From the NCBI RefSeq assembly GCF_009914755.1, contig NC_060927.1: a stretch of 64,000 nt of DNA. One strand, written 5' to 3'. The position numbers and the translations under genes were made by a program. The notes beneath the pieces are model-generated. The model saw nothing but the letters and a program-made list of their open reading frames with translations. It ran no database searches and was not told where the DNA came from. Positions 1 to 16,039 of the stretch are shown one piece after another. The first letter of the stretch is position 1, and each line of letters opens with the position of its first letter. Source of the stretch: the human T2T-CHM13v2.0 reference genome, Homo sapiens.

Positions 1-1059
1 TGAGCCATCGCGCCCAGCCCCGTTTCTAAGATGAAGGGAAAGGTGTCGTTTGGAGTCCCCCCCTCGTGAGCCAGCTACAGTGGAGCTGGGTTGAATTGGA
101 GGCTGCCTCTTGTCAACTGCAAAGTCTTGGTTTTTCCCACTGAGCTGCGACTAGGCAGTCACTGGGTCTCTTCCCTATTCTTGCCCCAACTTATTTTTTT
201 CTCCCATCATCTAGGAGTTTTGGGAAACCCATATGGTTATAGGAGATCCCTAAAGTTGCCTGGCAGGTTGTCTAGTTTAAAAAAATAAATGAAAGGCAGC
301 ACCTCTGGAGGTGTTTTGGGTTACTGAGCTAGTGTAGTATAGTGTTCTCAGCCCATCTTAAACAAAGACAGAGTAACGTGATATAACAAAGCTTCAACCT
401 CCATGAACAAAGAAAGGGTAGGAGAAACACTGCCGACACGGACTCTGAAATTAAGGAGCTCACTCACGTTGTCTTTAATACTCATGAGGGTTGTTTAATG
501 AGCTGCCTGGCTTTGAGGATGTCCGGGAAGGATCATGTTTGCTCATTCTTTGAGGAAGGGAATAACAGGTTTTTCTACCCAAGACAAGTCTCACTGAAGT
601 AGATCCTGTCAAGATTCCTAAGAACAAAAATTGATGGAAGGAAGAAAACTTCCATGGCGTTAAATTTTTAGACGAGAGGATTTGCTTAACTGGCTTGACT
701 TCAGTGGAAGTAAATGAGGGGAGTTACAGATAATACTTTTTCAAACTGGCTTCAGATAATGTACTAGTGAGAAGAAATGCATTTTCAATGGTCATAAGGA
801 TTTGGAAGCTCTCCAGGGAAGCTGAGAGAAGTCTTGTGAACACATTCCAACAAAGCAGTTATAGTGTTCAGGAGTTCACAAGCATTTTAAGTGCCGTAGT
901 CACCCCAGGATCATGTTAATACAACCTGGAAAAGTACAAACATTCACAACCTTCACAAACCCTAAGTAAAAAGCATCATACCCTTTCTTGAAATTAATGA
1001 TGCTACTGAGATTAATAGATGAGATTTCATTTCCTCCTCAAAGCAAATTGGTTTATCTT

Positions 1060-1185
1060 ATTTGTTCATTCATTCAACAAATATTTATGGAGTGCTTGAG
1101 AATACGGACACTGATGATTCAGTGTTAACAAGACCCTACCTCCCCAGCAGCTTAAACTCAAGTGGGAAAACCCATATTTAAACTA
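1060..1185 (-). mobile_element. L2 3' end
   Basis: TTCATTCATTCAACAAATATTTATGGAGTGC. Confidence 0.55.
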
Positions 1186-1199
1186 TTAATGGAGAATTA

Positions 1200-2242
<1,043 letters not shown>

Positions 2243-2287
2243 CTCATATGAGGACTTGTATCCAGAATTTATAAAGAACTCTCAAAC

Positions 2288-2641
<354 letters not shown>

Positions 2642-2646
2642 TCACA

Positions 2647-2836
2647 TCCCAGCCTGGGCAATATGACGAAACCCCATCTCTATAAAAACTACAAAGATTA
2701 GCTGGGTGTGGTGGAGCAAGCCTGTGGTCAGGAGGAGGTGCGAGGATTGCTTGAACCTGGGAGGGTGAGGCTGCAGCAAGCGGAGATTGCACCATTGCAC
2801 TCCACTCTGGGAGACAGCGTAAGACCCTGTCTCAAA
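2647..2836 (+). mobile_element. AluJ-like fragment ending in (CA)n
   Basis: Partial left arm plus right arm. Confidence 0.85.
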
Positions 2837-2845
2837 CACACACGC

Positions 2846-2878
<33 letters not shown>
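2836..2878. repeat. (CA)n microsatellite
   Basis: Seen directly. Confidence 0.95.
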
Positions 2879-3179
2879 GGCAGAAGATTTGAACAGACAC
2901 TTCCACAACAAAACACCACTATCCATCTATAAAAATGGTAAAAGTTTAAGAGACTGACCATATCAATAACCATCATGTGGAAGACTGGAACTCGCATAAA
3001 CTATCACTTTTGGTGGGAATGTAAAATGGTACAGCCATGCTGGAGAACAGTTCAGCATTTTCTTAAAACATTAAACATATACCTACCATATGGCTTGGTC
3101 ATTCCACTCTCAGGTATTTGACTAAAGAAAGGAAAGCATACGTCCACATGAAGACTTGTACACAAATGTTCATAACAGC

Positions 3180-3185
3180 TTTATT
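3180..3185 (-). terminator. Candidate distal polyadenylation signal AATAAA of SHQ1
   Basis: Plus strand reads tttatt. On the minus strand it is followed by U/GU-rich sequence (GTATGCTTTCCTTTCTTT). Confidence 0.6.
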
Positions 3186-3531
3186 TATAACAGCCCCAAA
3201 CTGGAAACAACCCAGGTGTCCATCGATAGGTCAATGAACAAATCTATTCAATGAAGCAGTACTCAGCAATGAAAAACATAAAAACAAAAACTCGTGACAC
3301 ATGCTACCACATGGATGAATCTCAAAATAACTATACTGAGTAAAATATGCCTGACCAAAAAAGGGATACATATTGTATGATTCAATTTACATAGAATTCT
3401 AGGACATGCAAACTAATAACAGGGCACAAGGGCACTTGGGAATGATGGGTCCGTTCCTCACTTCAGTTGTGGTGATAGTTTTACGCAGGGTATACATACG
3501 CCAACACATTGTACACTTTTGATACGTGCAG

Positions 3532-3537
3532 TTTATT
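3532..3537 (-). terminator. Candidate proximal polyadenylation signal AATAAA
   Basis: Plus strand reads tttatt. Downstream minus-strand sequence is GU-rich (TGTGTTGGCGTATGTAT). Confidence 0.4.
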
Positions 3538-3730
3538 GGGTGTCAAGTACACCTCCTAAAATAAAAATATTGATGGGCTCTACATTCTGGAGACACGGGC
3601 AGTAGAACTATTATTTTCAGCTTGAAATATTAGCTACACTTTGGTAAAAATACTTTTGAACTTTATCTTCACAGTCGCGGCAAGGAAAACAAAAGGTATA
3701 AACATTCATTGGTTGAAAAACAATGTCATA

Positions 3731-4062
3731 AAGTTGTCCCCGTATCTGTGGGGGGTTGGTTCCAGGACTCCTGAGGATACTAAAATCCTCAGATGCTCAA
3801 GCCCCTGATAAAAAATGGTGCAGTATTTGCATATAACCTACCCACATCCTCCTGCACAGTTTAAATCATCACTAGATTACTTATATTACCCAATACAATG
3901 TAAATGCTGTGGAAATAGTTGTCATACTGTATTATTTAGAGAATAATAACAAGAAAAAAGTCTGTACATGTTTGGTACAGATGCGATTTTTTCTTCAATA
4001 TTTTTGATCTGCAGTTGGTTGAATCCACAGATGTGGAACACACAAATACAGTGGGCTGACTA
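3731..4062 (+). mobile_element. MER2 (TcMar-Tigger) DNA transposon within the SHQ1 3' UTR
   Basis: Matches the recalled MER2 consensus (GGGGGTTGGTTCCAGGAC...GTATTTGCATATAACCTA...GGTTGAATCCACAGATG), with TA flanks. Confidence 0.85.
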
Positions 4063-4162
4063 TATACTAAGAAAAATTACAAAGTGAAAATGAAGAATTC
4101 TCATTCGGTAAATGAAACCCAATCTACCATATTTCTCAACAATGAATAAAACCACCTAAGAG

Positions 4163-4715
4163 TCAATTATTTGGTGTCTGACAGCCGTCTCTCTCCTGAA
4201 TATTGCTGCGGTTTACAGCAGTGGTGCCCTTGGGTTCAGAAACCTGAACTGTAGTCTTCAGTTGTTCCCCAAGCTCCTCTATCAGAGGCCCAGACACTCC
4301 AAGAGGCCAGGAAGAGGCAAGTGGCTTTCCCTGACTGGCATCAGACTCCTGGATGGCTGTGTTTCTGCGTACTCCACCATCAACAATAAGAAAGGCACTG
4401 CTTTCTTCAAGAAAGGGACCTTGCAAAGAACTGACTGTCTCAGATGGACTATCTTTGAGTTCATCTTGTTCTGAATCTGAGCCTGAGTCTTCGTTTCCAG
4501 ATGACACGCTGCTGTCTGAGTCCTCCGAATCACTTGCCTCAGAGCTGGAGCAAAGTGTCTGCTGCCCAGAAACTGAATGGGCTGCTTTTAATGCAGTTTC
4601 TTCCTCCTGGACAAGCAGTGCTGCTGCTTCTAGTTCTTCCAGTTCTAACCCCAGCTGGGCCTTTGTAAGGGAGACTTCCTTTAAGGCTTCTGCAAGAGCT
4701 GCCAACTTTTTGGAT
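4163..4715 (-). CDS. SHQ1: SHQ1 last coding exon (183 C-terminal residues, acidic Ser-rich tail, TGA stop)
   Basis: Translation [29 protein letters not shown]...[11 protein letters not shown] matches the recalled SHQ1 C-terminus. The acceptor is ttttcaag|ATCC (AG at 4716-4717). The phase joins the upstream exon in frame (AA|A TCC = K-S). Confidence 0.96.
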
Positions 4716-5000
4716 CTTGAAAACATTTTAAAAAGAAAGATTAGAATTATTTATTAATTGGCCTGGGGATAACAGGTTATACAGCTTCCAAAAAAATAAA
4801 GTTGAATCCATATTTTAAATGGCACACCAGGATATATATCATAACAGATCCAAGATATTTATGTAAAAAATGAAGCTATTAAAAGTATTACAGGGAAACA
4901 CAGATTTCTTTTATGACCCTAAGAAGGAGGAAGACTTTTCTAACTATGACTCAAAATTCAGAAGCCACAAAAGACTGATAAATTCAACTAAATAAAATCA

Positions 5001-5310
<310 letters not shown>

Positions 5311-5352
5311 GAAATATCAATTTCTTCTGGGTAATATATCTATAATAAGCAC

Positions 5353-5354
<2 letters not shown>

Positions 5355-5411
<57 letters not shown>

Positions 5412-5423
5412 CATATACATACA
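5355..5423. repeat. Compound (TG)n(TA)n microsatellite
   Basis: Seen directly. Confidence 0.95.
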
Positions 5424-5735
5424 CTAATAAAGCCTAACTCTCCTAACAGAGTTCCTAATAATGGATATATAACAATCCAACAGAAAAATGGACAGAAGAT
5501 ACAAGCAGACAATTTTCAAAAAAGGAAATATAAGTAACTCTTAAATATATTAGATGTTCAACTCCAGTCAAATAAGAGACATACAAATTAAAGTCATATG
5601 TCAGATATATTTTTTATTGGCAAATACCCAAACATTTGATATTATTCTGTTAACAAGACTGCAGGAGAAAAGGCACTTTCATATACTGATGCAGGGAGAT
5701 TAAATAGCTACAATCCCCATGAAGGAGAACTTGGC

Positions 5736-5847
5736 AATAACTTTCAAAATGGAAAATGTATATACCCTGGACCCAGCAAGCCCCATGTCTGAATAACTTT
5801 CAAAATGGAAAATGTATATACCCTGGACCCAGAAAGCCCCATGTCTG
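5736..5847. repeat. 56-bp tandem duplication (one mismatch)
   Basis: AATAACTTTCAAAATGGAAAATGTATATACCCTGGACCCAG(C/A)AAGCCCCATGTCTG, two copies. Confidence 0.95.
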
Positions 5848-6330
5848 AAAATTAAACACATGTAGTAAACCTATGTCATGTATGACATAGGTCTGAGGTT
5901 ATTTACTATGACATCGTTTTTTAATACCTAAAAATGGGAAACAGCCAAATGTCCTTGTTATAAGACTGGTTGACTGGTGAAATAAGTTATGACATATCCA
6001 TACAACGGAATAGCCTACAGCTGTACAATGAATGAAGCTCTCCATGGGCCAATCCAGACTTACTGCTTAGCAACACAAAAGGCTCACCATATGTATATGC
6101 TACATATATATAAAAAGGGAAAATAACAGGAAAGATATCAAAACAGATATTTCTATTTGCTTGTATACTTCTTAATAAACTCTCCAAAGTCACAGAAAAC
6201 AGTAACTTCTGTAAAGGAGATAAGGTGGGAACTGGAAATATGGGGGATGACACAGGATGATGGCGTGACGGAGCCTTTTCACTGCCTATTGTTTTATTTT
6301 TTAAACCTATATAAATGTTCATAATCTTAA

Positions 6331-6843
<513 letters not shown>

Positions 6844-8242
6844 GAAGACGCTTTTCCTCTAAATTACCTGCTAGATTTATAATATTACATTGTATCGAGT
6901 AAATAAACTTTTCCATTATTAACTTGGATGCATTTAGTTGTTTTTTGTTTCTAAAAGAACCAACATGACACAAACTGGCATTCTCCAAAGATGACTACTA
7001 TTCTTAAGGGGAAATCTGATGTGACAACTGAAGAAAGGTGACAGTGAGTGAAAGTGGTAAACATGCTGACATGGTTTCTATGTTTCCCTGACTCCAAAGA
7101 TTAAATGAACATACAAAACATTGAGTGGCTTTGAGACAAACTGGATGACGGTGAGTTTACAAGATAAATTCATTTGTAAAAGTATAGTCCATCCCATAAT
7201 ATCAGGAAAATGAGGCTTCATTTCAGTGGAGCTGATGGTACAATGGGAAATACCGAACAAAGATGGTATTTTAATCTGGGTGCCTGCATGTACCTGAAAT
7301 GCTATTTCTCAAAGTACTCAGCACAATAATGAGATTGTGCAGGGATTGCCCCCCACCCCCCACAACCCCTGCTGCCTCTTCACATGTGTAATCAGGCCAC
7401 AGAAGCACCACTGCAGTGTCCAAGGGTGAGCGGGAGGCACAGTGCGGTGAGTGGGACAAGGGCAGTCACCATCGTTGATGGGTAGCTTTCTCTTAGCCCT
7501 GGGTTTCAGTGCCAGAACTTCCAGAGCGCTTAGAGAAAGGGAGGGGTTTAGGGTAAAGAGGAAAACCAAGGTGAGATCCACTAGAGTCAGTTAATGATTC
7601 ACCAAAGCATTATAACCCCTGGCTAATCTTTTATCAGTCTGAGGCATTTTTAAAAGCATAGCTATGGAATATGACGGCTGCAACATAATTTGCATTTATA
7701 CCCAAGACAGTTGTAGATAATGTCCACCATATATTTTGAAACCTTGACTACCAGTGGTAAAGGATTCAGTCTGAGCTGCTGCAAAGTTCAGTCAAAGAAC
7801 TAGTACACCACTCTGTTTCTCCATGAAGGGGAGTTCTCTCTGGGTAGTGACACACAACTTAAGAAATAAAGAGTAATAAATTTGGGAAAGTGGATACTGC
7901 CTCTAACTCTAATACTAGAAATAAAAAATATAAAATAAAAGCTTTTACTTTACTGACTATATATCTCATTTTAATTGTCATGACAAATACTTCTCAACAA
8001 TATACAAAGGATGATGCTCCACTAACATCACTGCACTTGCTCCATTAACCACCTTGTGAATCAGTGCCATTGTTATCCCTACATTACAGATGAGGGAACT
8101 AGAGCTTGCAGGGGTAGGAGAGCCGCTGAGGTTCACTCAGCCAACAAGGGGCGGTCACGACTGGAAACCCAAGCCTCAAAACTCCAGCCCTCTTCCCGTT
8201 CCACCAAAGGGCCTCCCATGAATATACAGGCTCTGCAAAGTG

Positions 8243-8560
<318 letters not shown>

Positions 8561-9123
8561 CAAAGTGTCCTTTCTTAAGGCCACATTCTTTACTTCTTCC
8601 TAACTTGAGCTCCACTCAGCATCTTCCAACTGAGCAAGTTCTGACTTGCACAAAGCCCAGAATCCTCCAAAGGAACTGTGACTAATATATTTAGCTTAAC
8701 AATGTTAAATGAAGTATACATATAAGCATCATCTATGGAGGTTTAGAAAACAAGGGTAAAATTTGAATCATTTTTGTGAATATTGCTGAATATATTAAAC
8801 ATGCCAATTCTCAAGTTGATATTATTTGGATCTTTGTTATTGTCTACTATACAGATATTGTGTCCTGTCTTTTATAACAGTAGAAATGTGGAATTCCAAA
8901 GCTCCTCCCCTAGAATCCTGGCTCTTCTCAGAAAGCATACCCCACACACAGGGGGACTGAAAGTAACAAGTGTAACAGGCAGAAAAGTGGTGAAGCTGAG
9001 TCCAGGGGCCCAAACAGGAACTCCTGCCTGTAACCAGCTGATGCGAACTTTTATCCTTCAGGAAAAAGTTTTTCACTTTCGGCATTATATTATGTTTAAA
9101 ATTACCAGGTTATACAATAAGTT

Positions 9124-9214
9124 GATGGATGGATGGATGGATGGATAGATGGATAGATGGATGGATGGATGGATGGATGGATAGATGGATGGATGATAGA
9201 TAGATAGACAGATA
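9124..9214. repeat. (GATG)n/(GATA)n tetranucleotide repeat
   Basis: Seen directly. Confidence 0.95.
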
Positions 9215-9777
9215 AATTGATTTTTGATCCTTTGCCAAGCTTCATTTCTATTTTATTATCCCACCTTTAATACCTCAAGCTGGCTAGCTTCCTAAATTAA
9301 TACTAAAGTTCTGAAAGAAACTTTAATAAAAGAAACATTCTGAACTCTCTCCCATTCTTAAAGAATGCTAGGATAAAAACTGATTAAAATTTCAAAATAG
9401 CATTGGTGTAGAATGTGCCCCAGTAGTCTGAGGAATTAAAGTTGGGTTTGTTTTTATTCAATTACTTAGCACAGATAACCTAGCAATCACTGTTCACAAA
9501 AAGGGAAATTATTCCTGTAGGGAAAAAAAATTAAGCCATGAAAGAGTAGCTGTTTTGTTTTTTTCAACCACTAGTACAATTAGAGTTGGTTCTAATCTGC
9601 CACTCCTTGTCAATTACACAATCTACTTTTGTAACAGACTTACCTTTTCAGAAAGCAGCTCACTTAAGGTAGGTAGTAGTTTTTCTCTGTCGTACTCAAA
9701 ACTGACTAGGCTAGTTCATGTCCAAAAGCTTGGTCAAATGGCATTATTAGATAACCACTCTTACAAACATCAGGTAC

Positions 9778-10080
9778 TATTTATTTCTTTATTTAGAGAC
9801 AGGTTCTCGCTTTATTGCCTGGGCTCTGGAGTGCAGTGGTGCAATCAGCGCTCCCTGTAGCTTTGACCTCCTGGGCAAAAGTGATCCTCCCACCTCAGCC
9901 TCCTGAGTAGCTGGGACTACAGGCACATGCCACCACACCCAGCTAATTTTTATATTTTTTGTAAAGACAGGTTCTCCCTATGTTGCCCAGGCTGGTCTCC
10001 AACTCCTGGGCTCAAGTGATCCTCCCACCTTGGCTTTCCCAGAGTTCTGTGATTACAGGCATGAGCGGCAGCCCTGGGCA
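9778..10080 (-). mobile_element. AluJ
   Basis: J-type sequence (CTCCTGGGCTCAAGTGATCCTCCC). Confidence 0.9.
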
Positions 10081-10139
10081 TGGTACATTTTGATACTCTC
10101 AACAAACACATAGGCTGAGTTACTAGTTATAGTATATGT

Positions 10140-10481
<342 letters not shown>

Positions 10482-11259
10482 TGAGGATCACCTACCTGTT
10501 AAGAATATATTTATTATAGAATGAAGAGACGCTGCATTTAAAAGAGACAATTGGATACCACTGCTGTCATATTTTAATAAAACCACACTCAAAATAGATT
10601 TTTCTTAGAAAGTTACTGGAAATGTAATCCTACAATGTAACTTAAAAAAGACCTTTCATTCTTTCTGCATATGTGAAATAATATCCTATTTGGAGAATTT
10701 CTCTTTAAAGACTGCAGACAAGTTATGCTACATGTAACTACCACGAAAGAGTAATTGCAACAGCAGAAAGTACTTGCCTTTACTATGGCTAAGCTGATAC
10801 AAAATTTCCTCAATTATTTTACATTTGGTGACTGTAGGAGGGGGAAAGCCTCCGCAGCCTTATGAAGCAACCAAAACAAAATGCAAAAGGAGCCTGAAAT
10901 GTAGGGGCAGGGGGAACTGGGTATAAATGGAAAGCATACATCCTGTTTTTTTGCTGTAGAGTTTTGTCTCAAACTATCAATCAACTTTTCACCACTTCCT
11001 GCAATAGCAGGTCTACTATAAATCTCAGAGTAACCGACTAGGTTTCATTTCCTCTGCCCAAACCTAGAAGCCTGCCAGGCATGACATACTGAGACTAGAG
11101 CCCACAATTGATCACAGAGGACAAGACTCCAGTGAGGCAATTCCAGACAGTTCAAACTGGATGCTTACTGGCTAACTCGGCCTTTTAATTTCATAGCATA
11201 CAAAACACACAATCTCAGGTTCTATCTGGGACCAAACAGTAGATCAAATTTCTTCTCTT

Positions 11260-11435
11260 TCCTTTTTTTTTTTTTTTTTTGAAAGATGGGGTCTCACTGC
11301 ATTGCCCAGGCTGGAGACCAGTAGTCAAAGGAGCAGTAATACCACAATACAATGTTGAACTACTGGCCTCAGCAGCCCTCCTGCCTCAGCTTCCCAAGTA
11401 GGTGGAACTACGGGTACGTGCCACTGAGCCCGGCT
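11260..11435 (-). mobile_element. Old Alu monomer or fragment
   Basis: T tail plus diverged monomer. Confidence 0.75.
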
Positions 11436-11465
11436 TCAACTTTCTGAAGGGCATTTACTGCACAT

Positions 11466-11862
11466 CAATGGTAGACTGGATAAAGAAAATGTGGTACATA
11501 TACACCATGGAATACCATGCAGCCATAAAAGGAACAGGATCATGTCCTTTGTAGCAACATGGATGGAGCTGGAGGCCATTTTCCTTAGCAAACTAATGCA
11601 GGAACAGAAAACCAATTACCGCATGTTGTCACTTGTAAGTGGGAGCTAAATGATAAGAACACATGGACACATAGAGGGGAACAACACACACCAGGGCCTA
11701 TCAGAGGGTGGAGGATAGGTAGAGGGAGATGATCAGGAAAAACAACTAATAAGTACTAGGCTTAATACCTGGGTGGTGAAAATAATCTGTACATCAAACT
11801 CCCATGACACAAGTTTACCTATATAACAAACCTGCACGTGTCCCTGAACTTAAAAGTTAAAT
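11466..11862 (+). mobile_element. L1PA (older, ~PA15/16-like) 3' end
   Basis: GACTGGATAAAGAAAATGTGGTACATATACACCATGGAATAC...CCTGAACTTAAAAGTTAAA. Confidence 0.88.
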
Positions 11863-12344
11863 TTTTTTAAAAGGGCTTTTATGATAATGACATATCATAA
11901 TTCCTCTCTATTGAAAAGAACCAGTTCCATACTTTAGGTTCCTTGGCCCAAAACACATGTATGTAGCCTGATCTAAAGGTAATGCACTGGCTTTAAGTAG
12001 AAGTTGCTGGTGAAATTCCTATCTTGAATCTGAGAGCCGCCAAGAAAAACAAATACCAATGGATGCACAGAGGAACCTGAAGCTGTCTCTTCTTATTCTA
12101 TAACAGTGAGAAGCACTTCCAGCGCAGCCATTAACAAAAACATTCAATCTCTAAGAACAAGAAACGACTAACTTAACACAAGGAAGGCTGCAAGCTAAAG
12201 AGTTATTTAAACCATATCTAGTTTGGGCCAATAACACAACTTCTCATACAAATTTCAACTGGTTTTTATGCCATTTCGTGGGCATAGGCTCTGAGAAACA
12301 TCATCTAGTCCATGGATCAGCAGAATCATTTTCTGAAAACTCCC

Positions 12345-13155
<811 letters not shown>

Positions 13156-13288
13156 CCCTGTAGAGCTGAAATCAATAGTGGAGATGCTCATTAATAGAGG
13201 ATAATAGACCAGAAAAAAGTAAATCAACTTAAAATGGAGACCAAAATTTAATAGTAAATAATGATGATAAGGTTAAAACTTCACCTTG

Positions 13289-13595
13289 AGGCTGGAGGCA
13301 GCAGCTCACACCTGTAATCCCAGCACTTTGGGAGGCCAAGGTGGGCGGATCACTTGAGGTCAGGAGTTCGAGACCAGCCTGGCCAACATGGGGAAATCCT
13401 GTCTCTACTAAAAATATAAAAATTAGCCGGGTGTGGTAGCAGGTGCCTGTAATCCCAGCTACTCAGGAGGCTGAGGCAGGAGAATCACTTGTACCTGGGA
13501 GGCGGAGGTTGTAGTGAGCAGAGACTGCAGCACTACACTCCAGCCTCAGCAACAGAGGGAGACTCTTGTGTCAAAAAAACAACAACAAAAACCAA
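13289..13595 (+). mobile_element. Alu (S-type)
   Basis: Dimeric Alu. TSD ACTTCACCTTGA. Confidence 0.95.
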
Positions 13596-13619
13596 ATACT
13601 TCACCTTGAAACAAAACTA

Positions 13620-14250
13620 CAAACTACAAAAATAAATTGATGAAATATTTAACAATGTTAACAATATGTAGGTTAAAACTGCAACCATGTACTAATTCTC
13701 AAAAACAGCAAAGAATGAACCAAATATTAATTGTATTTGTAATTGTTCTAACAAAATTATATTACAGCACCATCTAACATTCATCACTTCATGTTGGTCT
13801 TTTTGTAGCAGAATCAGAGAAGGTAATTCTTACAGAAAAAAATCAAGGGTATCATCAGTTTCCTCAAGGGCCTCTCAATCATGTGATGCTCAAATCAATC
13901 TTTTAATCAATCCTTTAATATTCAAAATAAGGACTTTCCACTAATTTCACTATTATTGTAGAGTTTTCTTCTTCAATTGTTTACTATGGTGAGTGGTTCC
14001 ATGTGGTTCAAGCACATCCCCCATATCACTTCCAATGTTTTCGTGAAATCCTTGATCTTTTGGTTGACTTGCAATTTATTTGCACTGTACAATATCAATG
14101 ATCAACAGTAAGTCAAACAATAAAAATACTGGCAAGATGGATGGGAAAGATGCTGGGAAGGAAATGATATACTAGAATGTGGATGAAATTTATTAAGAGG
14201 CTTGCTCATTAGTGAATTTTTGTGAGGTTTGACTACCATCGCGTTTCTTT
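13620..14250 (-). mobile_element. Ancient Tigger (Tigger15-like) remnant
   Basis: Minus strand GAGAGGCCCTTGAGGAAACTGATGATACCCTTGA...CATGAAGTGATGAATG resembles the recalled Tigger15a consensus. Highly diverged. Confidence 0.45.
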
Positions 14251-14926
14251 GTAACTTTCTAAGTGCAGAAACTCAATGAATATTCAGAAAGGACTTCCTG
14301 CATGACACATATAAGTGGCTATGCTAGAGAGATCCACTGAAATTTCATTCTTTAAGGGAGCACAGAAGTCATCTACTCCAATTCTTCCACTTTATAAACG
14401 TAGTTGACATGACTGGGTACTTTGATGCAGCTTGAAAGTTTGTGTGACTTAAACTGGAAGAGTTGCTACAAGATATTAATCCCAAAGTTCCAAGCTTAAA
14501 GGGCTCTTCTCTCTCATCTGCTCTCTTTCAACTGCTTACAGGGTAGTTGTTATGAGAGTAATATAAATTATTTAATCTTTGAAAATGACTGTTGAAAACT
14601 TCAATGCTACTTAATTCCTATGGAGAAGTCAGCTTGACTGTGATGTACTAAGCTTAGGAAAAATACAATGTGGAGCTAGAAAATAATCAGTATCAAATCA
14701 TTCCTTAAGGAAATGACAGTGACCACTTTCCAAAAGTCCCTGGCAGAAAATAACTCTGTCTTCTTGAAATATTACAAAATATATCAAGGTTTTAAAAATC
14801 ACAAAATAGACCTTCATATCCTTTTATGAAAAGCCAATTGTAGGTTTCTTATAATTAGATCGATAAAAGCTCTCAAGACGATTCCAACGATTCAACAACT
14901 ATGCCACTTTTCAAAAAAGTTTATGA

Positions 14927-15352
<426 letters not shown>

Positions 15353-15924
15353 AAGGAATAAAATTTTTAGATGTATTTGAATAATATAGTCAAATCACTA
15401 TGGCAAACAGCAATAATAAAGACTCAACCACCTCTTGGATGCTATGCAAAAGGACAAAGGTTCCTTGACAGTATCCGTTAATACAAAAGGCTTGCACTTC
15501 CTGTGCAGTAACTCTGTGCAGGCTTTCTAAGTATTTCACATGGTAAACTCATGAAGTACTTACAGCAACCCTGTGAGATAGGTACTATTATTATCCCTAC
15601 TGGTAAAATAAGAAAATAATGTGGCACCTTCTTTGAGCCATGGAGGACCAAAGATGTCATATTATCACAGAAAGACAACTCTAAAGACCTCAAGTAGAAC
15701 ACTTCTTACTTTTTATGTTAATTATGTGTGAACTCACATACAGTTTCCCCTGGTTCACAATTATATAGAGAGTCATTTACTTTAATCGTCAAACGATAAA
15801 CAGGTGGGCTACATGTTTAAAAAGTCCTCCATCAGAATGACTCTCGCACAGAAGGGGTGAAAGCAGGGGAGCTAAAGGCAAGGAGACAGGCTCTAGCTCC
15901 AGCAGTTTTTTTGAGGACAGTCTG

Positions 15925-16039
15925 CACATAAACATGTACATACATACATGTGCCCACAAACATGTACATACATACATGTGCACACACATGCCTATACATA
16001 CATCTGCCCACACACATTAGTACACACATACACACACAT
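15925..16039. repeat. Degenerate (CATA/CACA)n low-complexity repeat
   Basis: Seen directly. Confidence 0.85.

Larger units (their letters stand above)
3160..4162 (-). other. SHQ1: SHQ1 3' UTR (approximate end)
   Basis: Follows the TGA. Minus-strand AATAAA hexamers at 3532-3537 and 3180-3185. The end is inferred ~20 nt past the distal hexamer. Confidence 0.6.

Noticed and set aside
4716-4726. Met start of the 187-aa ORF (MFSR...)
   Set aside because: These bases are the intronic polypyrimidine tract and acceptor. The real exon starts at 4715.
4262-4757. Overlapping ORFs antisense to, or out of frame with, the SHQ1 last exon
   Set aside because: Shadow ORFs of a low-complexity coding exon with no independent support.
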